A DNA stretch of 32,000 bases from Thermoproteus uzoniensis 768-20. Its GTDB lineage: Archaea > Thermoproteota > Thermoprotei > Thermoproteales > Thermoproteaceae. The position numbers and the translations under genes are program-made. The stretch is from the NCBI RefSeq assembly GCF_000193375.1, contig NC_015315.1, positions 410,622 to 442,621 on the forward strand, read 5' to 3'. The notes beneath the pieces are model-generated. The model was not told the DNA's origin. It searched no databases and was given only the letters and a program-made list of their open reading frames with translations. Below, piece after piece: positions 27,629 to 32,000 of the stretch. Every line of letters starts with the position of its first letter. Position 1 is the stretch's first letter.

Positions 27629-28515
27629 CCCGGCTGGTCGAGCTGATACCGTCGGAGATCACCAGGAGGCTGGGCAAGGCCCTCTTCTCGATACCTCTAC
27701 CTCCCTGTAGGGCTGAGGCCAGATGGCGCGTGGGCCCCGTAGAGACCAACGGGCCCGTGGGCATAGCGGCCGGCCTAGACAAGGAAGGCCTCTACACGAG
27801 GGCGCTGTCGGCCTTCTGCCCCGGCTTTATAGTCGTCGGCTCCACCACCGCGAGGCGCAGAGAGGGCAACAAGCCACCGCTCACCGCGAGGCTCAAGCCC
27901 CGCTCCTTGGTAAACGCGATGGGCCTCCCCAATCCCGGGCTCCCCGTCGTGCTCGCCAGGGTGTCCGAGGTGGACTACCCCATCTTCGTCAGCATCGCCG
28001 GCTTCACGGCGGGAGAGCTCTTGGCGCAGATACGCTACGTCGAGAGGCACGGACACAACGTGAGGGCGATAGAGGTCAACCTCTCCAGCCCGACCTACAA
28101 AGGCGCCTGGGACAGAGCGGCGCCTCTCCTAAACTCCAAGAAGCCACTGTTCATAAAAGTAGGCCCCACGTCGGACCTCAGAGCCTATCTGGACTTGGCT
28201 AGAAAGGGAGGACACGGCCTAGTCCTCACCAACACGCTCCCGGTCGACGACCGGCGTATAGGGGTCGGGAGAGGAGGGATAAGCGGCCTCTGGCTCTACC
28301 CCCTCATGATGAAGATGCTCGAGAAGGCCAGGTCGTATCTCGGCAGAGACACGCCCATCATAGCCGTCGGCGGCATCATGAGCTGTAGGCAGGTAAAGGC
28401 CGTCATGAGGCTGGCGGACGCCGTAGAGGTCTTGACGGGCGTGCTCTATTACGGCCCCGGCTTGGTCGGACGGCTCAACGCGTGCGCCGTCCAGATTGCC
28501 GAGGACGGCCGATAA
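27622..28515 (+). CDS. pyrD: Dihydroorotate dehydrogenase
   Basis: The GTG at 27622 overlaps the pyrE stop. Motifs: NPVGIAAGLDK-like (NGPVGIAAGLDKEG), NAMGLPNPG and GGISG. The first 151 codons of the track ORF are pyrE read in the wrong frame. Confidence 0.85.
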   Translation: MLARLVELIPSEITRRLGKALFSIPLPPCRAEARWRVGPVETNGPVGIAAGLDKEGLYTRALSAFCPGFIVVGSTTARRREGNKPPLTARLKPRSLVNAMGLPNPGLPVVLARVSEVDYPIFVSIAGFTAGELLAQIRYVERHGHNVRAIEVNLSSPTYKGAWDRAAPLLNSKKPLFIKVGPTSDLRAYLDLARKGGHGLVLTNTLPVDDRRIGVGRGGISGLWLYPLMMKMLEKARSYLGRDTPIIAVGGIMSCRQVKAVMRLADAVEVLTGVLYYGPGLVGRLNACAVQIAEDGR

Positions 28516-28910
28516 AGGCGCGGGCATCTAAATACCTATCCGGCGTTGCGGATCTCTCCGCACGGGCCGACCGCCCCACATACGGGCCCGAGCCTCATCA
28601 ACGCCTCCAGGGCGCCGCCTATGAGCAGTGTCTGCTTTGGGTTTCTGCTCCACATCTCAAGGCCTTAAGCGCAATCACGGTCCTCGCGTAGTCCGCCTCC
28701 CGTCCTCCCTCCGCGTCGGCGTATATGGCTACGTATCCTCTAGTAGCGCCGCCTCTGGTCTTGAAAATCTCGCTTCCCTCCGATCTCCCGCCCCTTCTCC
28801 ACGGCGACTTTCACTACTAGTCCCTCCTCTTGCCCTCTCACTCCGCGCCCGTCTCGACGCGCGCTCTCGACGTCCGGCCATCGACCCCTCGAGGGGAGCT
28901 AAGCGAGGAA

Positions 28911-28922
28911 AAAGCTTAAAAA
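28911..28922 (+). promoter_or_regulatory. tRNA promoter (BRE/TATA) AAAGCTTAAAAA
   Basis: The same 12-mer recurs at 29348-29359, and as AAAGCTTAAAAC at 30414-30425. The G of GCTT is exactly 29 nt upstream of the first nucleotide of tRNA-Trp and tRNA-Val, and 27-28 nt upstream for tRNA-Ile. Confidence 0.75.
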
Positions 28923-28942
28923 CTACTAACAATATACGTAAA

Positions 28943-29049
28943 GGGCCCGTAGCTCAGCAAGGCAGAGCGGCGGAGGTGAACGCCGCCGTGGCTCCAGACC
29001 CGTAGGGCGGGGGTTCAGGCGTAGCCGCCTAAAAATCCCTCCGGGCCCA
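28943..29049 (+). tRNA. tRNA-Trp (anticodon CCA at 28994-28996) with two intron-like insertions
   Basis: Hand-folded cloverleaf: acceptor GGGCCCG/CGGGCCC, D arm GCTC..GAGC, anticodon stem GCGG[17-nt insert 28974-28990]G / CCCGT, loop CTCCAGA, and T arm GGGGG-TTCA[16-nt insert 29018-29033]AAT-CCCTC. The discriminator is A and CCA is encoded at 29050-29052. Confidence 0.8.
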
Positions 29050-29116
29050 CCAAGCCTCTATTGCTATATACTGAACTAACGACGTCTTCCGCACTAAGGT
29101 CGGCAGAATTTTATGG

Positions 29117-29238
29117 TGCCCCGGCCGGGATTTCTGGGCGGAGCTTCCCTGAACCCGGGTCCTGGGCTCTCTCCGGCGTTCCTCGAAAGGCCCATATCCG
29201 TAGTCGGCGAGCCTTTGACCGGGCTAGACGACCGGGGC
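29117..29238 (-). tRNA. tRNA-Glu (anticodon TTC; plus-strand GAA at 29185-29187) with three intron-like insertions
   Basis: Minus strand reads GCCCCGG TC GTCT AGCCCGGTCAA AGGC T [15 nt] TGGGC CTTTCG [15 nt] A GCCCA GGAC CCGGG TTCA [17 nt] AAT CCCGG CCGGGGC A CCA. Inserts lie at 29195-29209, 29169-29183 and 29133-29149. The minus-strand TATA AAAGATATAAAAATT (29258-29272) is about 30 nt upstream. Confidence 0.8.
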
Positions 29239-29257
29239 CTAAACGCCGTAAATCCTC

Positions 29258-29272
29258 AATTTTTATATCTTT
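29258..29272 (-). promoter_or_regulatory. TATA element for the minus-strand tRNA-Glu
   Basis: AAAGATATAAAAATT on the minus strand, about 30 nt upstream of tRNA position 1 (29238). Confidence 0.6.
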
Positions 29273-29347
29273 GTCGCCTTGCGGCCAGCGGCGCCCGCGC
29301 CGATTGTTGACGCTCGCGCTCGGCGGCCCGGCTAAGTACGGTAGGGC

Positions 29348-29359
29348 AAAGCTTAAAAA
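29348..29359 (+). promoter_or_regulatory. tRNA promoter AAAGCTTAAAAA (tRNA-Val)
   Basis: Identical 12-mer and identical spacing to the tRNA-Trp promoter. Confidence 0.75.
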
Positions 29360-29379
29360 TATGTTGAAATATATGTAAA

Positions 29380-29512
29380 GGGCCCGTAGTCTAGCGGTAG
29401 GATTGAAAGCCGTTCCCTAAAGCCCGCCTTACACGGCGCCCGCGCCACAGCGCCTGAGCGCGCGGGAGATCCCGGGTTCGGGCGTAGCCGCCTAGAAATC
29501 CCGGCGGGCCCA
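29380..29512 (+). tRNA. tRNA-Val (anticodon TAC at 29430-29432) with three intron-like insertions
   Basis: Acceptor GGGCCCG/CGGGCCC; D arm GTCT AGCGGTA GGAT; an 18-nt insert within 29404-29422; anticodon stem CCCGC/GCGGG with loop CTTACA[27-nt canonical 37/38 intron 29434-29460]C; T arm CCGGG-TTCG[16-nt insert 29481-29496]AAT-CCCGG. CCA is encoded. Confidence 0.8.
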
Positions 29513-29653
29513 CCAAGCCTCTTTCCGCCGATAGGCCGGGACCTGTCCGTGAGGCTCTATAAGCCGGCCTTCAACATGCCAGCACGCTGGCCGCCTTCCC
29601 CAGATGCGCCTCGGCTACCCTCCGTGGGCAGCCGACGTGGCTACCCATCCTAT

Positions 29654-30046
29654 TTAGACGAACTGCACGATGTCCGCAAGCTCGCCCCTCTTCAGCGCCT
29701 TTTCCAGTTCCTTCTCTCGCATGAAGAGGGCGCGCGTGTTCAGCCTCCGTGCTAGGGCGATTGTATAGCAGTCCGGGAGCGATATTGCGTGTCTGCATTT
29801 GCACATGGCGGCCTCTCCGTGGAGGTCGGCGGCTGGGTAGGGCCTAAGCGTCCTGCTGTTGAGCAACCTCTCCACGGCTCTGCGCGCGGCCTCTGCGCCG
29901 AGTCTACGGCATAGGACGTACATGACCTCTGTTAGGTTGTACTCTGTTATGTAGAGCCGCCAGCCCCTCTTTGCGTATTCCAGCAAGGCGTCTGTGGTCC
30001 CCTCTAGAGTCGCGAGAACTACGCTTGTGTCAACCGCCAGCCTCAT
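29654..30046 (-). CDS. vapC: PIN-domain toxin VapC
   Basis: 130 aa. MRLAVDTSVV supplies the first acidic residue, YITEYNLTEV the second, and ISLPDCYTIALA the third. Confidence 0.8.
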   Translation of the reverse strand: MRLAVDTSVVLATLEGTTDALLEYAKRGWRLYITEYNLTEVMYVLCRRLGAEAARRAVERLLNSRTLRPYPAADLHGEAAMCKCRHAISLPDCYTIALARRLNTRALFMREKELEKALKRGELADIVQFV

Positions 30047-30293
30047 CCTCGGACCGCCCTCTCCTGAGCTCCGCGGTGAGTTCGCCGGGCTTGACCAAGC
30101 GCCGCACCTCCGCCAGCACAGCCGCCAGCTCCTCGACGTCGGGGCTCTCGGCGCTGTCTAGGAGGTAGCTGATGGCCTCGTCAAGCGACACCTTGCGCCC
30201 CAGCTTGGCTTCCAGCCTAGCTCTGAACTGTATTAGGCGGCGCTTCGTATCCTCCCTTATCTTGATGGATTCCACATTTTCTACATCTTCCAC
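30030..30293 (-). CDS. vapB: VapB-type antitoxin (UPF0330/COG1753-like)
   Basis: It overlaps the vapC start by 17 nt. SIKIREDTKRRLIQFRARLEAKLGRKVSLDEAISYLL resembles the TI.I.d.vy.rL...K..geSfsdvI.rLl family pattern. The real start may be the GTG at 30277, given the TATA AAATTTAATTA at 30297-30307. Confidence 0.7.
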   Translation of the reverse strand: MEDVENVESIKIREDTKRRLIQFRARLEAKLGRKVSLDEAISYLLDSAESPDVEELAAVLAEVRRLVKPGELTAELRRGRSEDEAGG

Positions 30294-30413
30294 CTAATTA
30301 AATTTCACGTCCGTCAAAACGTAACGCCGCGTCTGACTCGCCGAAGTAGCGCTGGCCGCGAACGCCTCAGCCTAAACTACGCATCAAGCCAACGCGGGGT
30401 TTAGGTCGGTCAG

Positions 30414-30425
30414 AAAGCTTAAAAC
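30414..30425 (+). promoter_or_regulatory. tRNA promoter AAAGCTTAAAAC (tRNA-Ile)
   Basis: Same motif as the two other plus-strand tRNA promoters, with similar spacing to the tRNA 5' end. Confidence 0.7.
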
Positions 30426-30443
30426 CAACTGTGTTTGGAGGGA

Positions 30444-30552
30444 TCGGGCCGTAGCTTAGCTAGGTGGAGCGCCCGTGGAGATCCGGCGAGGCTGATAAAG
30501 GGCTCCCGGCCCGAGCAACCGGGAGGTCCCGGGTTCAAATCCCGGCGGCCCC
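30444..30552 (+). tRNA. tRNA-Ile (anticodon GAT at 30493-30495) with two intron-like insertions
   Basis: (C)GGGCCG TA GCTT AGCTAGGTG GAGC G CCCG[15 nt 30475-30489]G CTGATA[20 nt 30497-30516]A CCGGG AGGTC CCGGG TTCAAAT CCCGG CGGCCCC A CCA. The T loop is uninterrupted. Position 1 is ambiguous (see findings). Confidence 0.7.
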
Positions 30553-30648
30553 ACCACTTCCTCTGAAGATCTGCGTTGATTGTCCCGCCATGCCGAATTG
30601 GCGGGAGAGCTCTGTGGAGACGCCGGGTCAAAAACTGGGTTTGGGAGA

Positions 30649-32000
30649 TCAGGTTAGCTTGAACGGGTAGGGGTACAACAGCAGGTGGACCACCGCTATG
30701 GCCACCAGCAGTAGCACGAGCGATATGGAGTACGGCAGGTTGTTCCTAATTATATCGCCCTCCCTCCTCACGTATTCGGTGGTCGATATGCCTGCCGAGA
30801 CTGTCTGCGGCGCCACGGGCTTGCCGAGCTCGGCCCCTACGCTCTGGACTGCCGGAAGCAACAGCGGCGGTATTCCGAGCAGGTTGCCCACGGTGTATTG
30901 GAGCGCGCCGAACAGCGCGTTGGAGGAGGTGTTGCTCCCTGTAAGTGCGGCTCCCAGCCAGCCGAGGAACGGCGATATTAAGATGAACAGTATGCCGGCG
31001 AAGGAGGCCATGTAGGCCAGGCTGTAGGCCATGCCGCTGTAGTTGAAGACGAAGGCCAGGCTGACCACGAAGGCCCCTACGGCGACGGCCGCCCAAGTCT
31101 GCCTCACGGTTGTGGCCAACGCCTCCTTAACCACCTTTCTGCTAGGCCTCATGACGGCCATCGATACGAGCCAGGCGACCAAGGCGGCGGTGCCCGTCGC
31201 GAAGGGGTTGAAGGCGTAGGACACGGCGACTTTCTTGCCGAGTATCTGAGAGTAGGCGGGGACCGAGAACACGGCGACGGACATCTTGGGTAGCGGCGAG
31301 ATTGGAGAGGCCCAGAGGCCCATCACGGCCACGAAGACGAGTAGCGAGGCCCAGGCCACGGCCGCCGGGCGCCCGCTGTTGTTGGCCATATGCCTTATGT
31401 CCCTCGGGGGCTCCACTATGCGGGCCGGCTTCCAGACTCTGAGGAAGAGCACAAGCGCCACGAAGGCGGTCAGCGATCCGACTACGTCTGGGAGATAGGG
31501 GCCGACGTATGTGGCCACTGTGTATTGCCCCGCTACGTATCCGAGGCTGCCCACCAAGGCGGCCGGCCACGCGTCTCTAATCCCTCTGAACCCGTCGACT
31601 AGGTAGAGTATTATGAAGCTTATGAACATGGCGAGTATGGCGACTACGTGCGCCACGGCCGACGACACGGCCATAAGCGGGACGCCTATCACGCCGGCCA
31701 GCGTGATCACGGGTATCCCGAACGCGCCGAAGGATACCGGCGCTGTGTTGGCCACGGCCATTATCGTTATGGCTCTGATGGTCGGTATCCCGAGGGCGAC
31801 CAGCATGGGGACTATGTAGGCCCACGGCGTCCCGAAGCCTATGAGCCCTTCTATCAAGGCCCCCATGGCCCAGGCGAGGGTTATGGCGAAGATGCGTATG
31901 TCGTATGTAATATTTCTAAGGACCCAAGACATAAACGCGTCTAGGTATCCGCTGAGCCTCCACGTGTTGAAGAACACAATTCCCCAGAATATCAGCCAGG
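30649..32000 (-). CDS. lctP: L-lactate permease (LctP family), N-terminus outside the window
   Basis: A polytopic membrane protein containing GLIGFGTPWAY and NTAPVSFGAFGIPV, which are LctP-type motifs. The frame stays open to nt 32000, so the GTG at 31977 in the track is not necessarily the start. Confidence 0.75.
   Translation of the reverse strand, partial: WLIFWGIVFFNTWRLSGYLDAFMSWVLRNITYDIRIFAITLAWAMGALIEGLIGFGTPWAYIVPMLVALGIPTIRAITIMAVANTAPVSFGAFGIPVITLAGVIGVPLMAVSSAVAHVVAILAMFISFIILYLVDGFRGIRDAWPAALVGSLGYVAGQYTVATYVGPYLPDVVGSLTAFVALVLFLRVWKPARIVEPPRDIRHMANNSGRPAAVAWASLLVFVAVMGLWASPISPLPKMSVAVFSVPAYSQILGKKVAVSYAFNPFATGTAALVAWLVSMAVMRPSRKVVKEALATTVRQTWAAVAVGAFVVSLAFVFNYSGMAYSLAYMASFAGILFILISPFLGWLGAALTGSNTSSNALFGALQYTVGNLLGIPPLLLPAVQSVGAELGKPVAPQTVSAGISTTEYVRREGDIIRNNLPYSISLVLLLVAIAVVHLLLYPYPFKLT

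Noticed and set aside
28581-28589. Minus-strand GGGCCCGTA, identical to the 5' end of tRNA-Trp and tRNA-Val, considered as a possible split tRNA half or pseudo-tRNA.
   Set aside because: No D arm follows it. There is no matching CGGGCCC 3' strand downstream and no promoter at the expected 29-nt distance. A 9-mer match alone is insufficient.
28740-28820. Minus-strand resemblance to RNase P RNA P4/CR-I and CR-IV: GUGAAAGUCGCCG ... ACCAGAGGCGGCGCUAC.
   Set aside because: The two strands also pair continuously with the adjacent CTAGTAG/CTACTAG, giving a simple bulged hairpin. The 50 nt between them is almost pure purine on that strand and cannot form the P5/P15-type helices required. I could not find P1-P3 equivalents. 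I kept it only as part of the unexplained-tract finding.
28628-29378. Plus-strand ORFs 28628..29005, 29061..29378 and 29113..29310, and the minus-strand ORF 28729..28932.
   Set aside because: They run across tRNA-Trp, tRNA-Glu or their promoters. They are Arg/Pro/Ala/Gly-rich low-complexity translations of structured-RNA or non-coding DNA.
29516-30443. att-like direct repeats of a tRNA 3' end flanking vapBC, which would indicate an integrated element.
   Set aside because: I found only a weak similarity (GCGGGGTTTAGGTCGG near 30393-30408) and no convincing duplicate of the tRNA-Val 3' segment.
30419-30670. ORFs 30419..30631 (minus strand) and 30464..30670 (plus strand).
   Set aside because: Both overlap the tRNA-Ile gene and its flanks and have no protein-like features.

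Overview
This window looks like chromosomal DNA from a crenarchaeon of the Thermoproteales type (Pyrobaculum/Thermoproteus-like). The evidence is a crenactin/arcadin cluster, tRNA genes with multiple introns at non-canonical positions, and TATA boxes about 27 nt upstream of start codons, which implies leaderless mRNAs. Most of the sequence is GC-rich (one 60-nt sample is 57% GC) and is punctuated by sharp AT-rich islands. Left third (1966-8769, minus strand): the archaeal exosome/proteasome superoperon, in transcription order psmA, SBDS, rrp4, rrp41, rrp42, L37Ae, Brix, Pcc1, prefoldin beta, a small acidic protein and a DHH phosphoesterase, with many stop/start overlaps. Middle: a degenerate ABC/SMC-like ATPase, an HTH+ThiN-like regulator, topoisomerase VI subunits B and A separated by a three-gene insert, an AbrB-PhoU protein, an Mtq2-like methyltransferase, a membrane-anchored wHTH protein and Alba. 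18.9-24.4 kb: the arcade actin-cytoskeleton locus (arcadin-1-like, crenactin, arcadin-2-like, an untracked 58-aa ORF, a Rad50-like arcadin-4 with a zinc hook, and one more coupled gene). Right: a TrmB-type regulator divergent from a Tes-like (tetraether synthase family) radical SAM enzyme, pyrE-pyrD, a roughly 400-nt non-coding pyrimidine-rich tract, and a tRNA island. The island holds four tRNA genes (Trp, Glu, Val, Ile) carrying about ten intron-like insertions, with a vapBC module embedded; tRNA-Glu lies on the minus strand under spurious ORFs. The window ends in a truncated lactate permease gene. All functional calls come from reading the translated ORFs and motifs by eye; no database search was run. 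The arcade cluster is a described system. The less explained observations are the in-frame AT-rich islands, the tRNA intron cassettes, the pyrimidine-rich tract and the extra arcade-linked ORFs.
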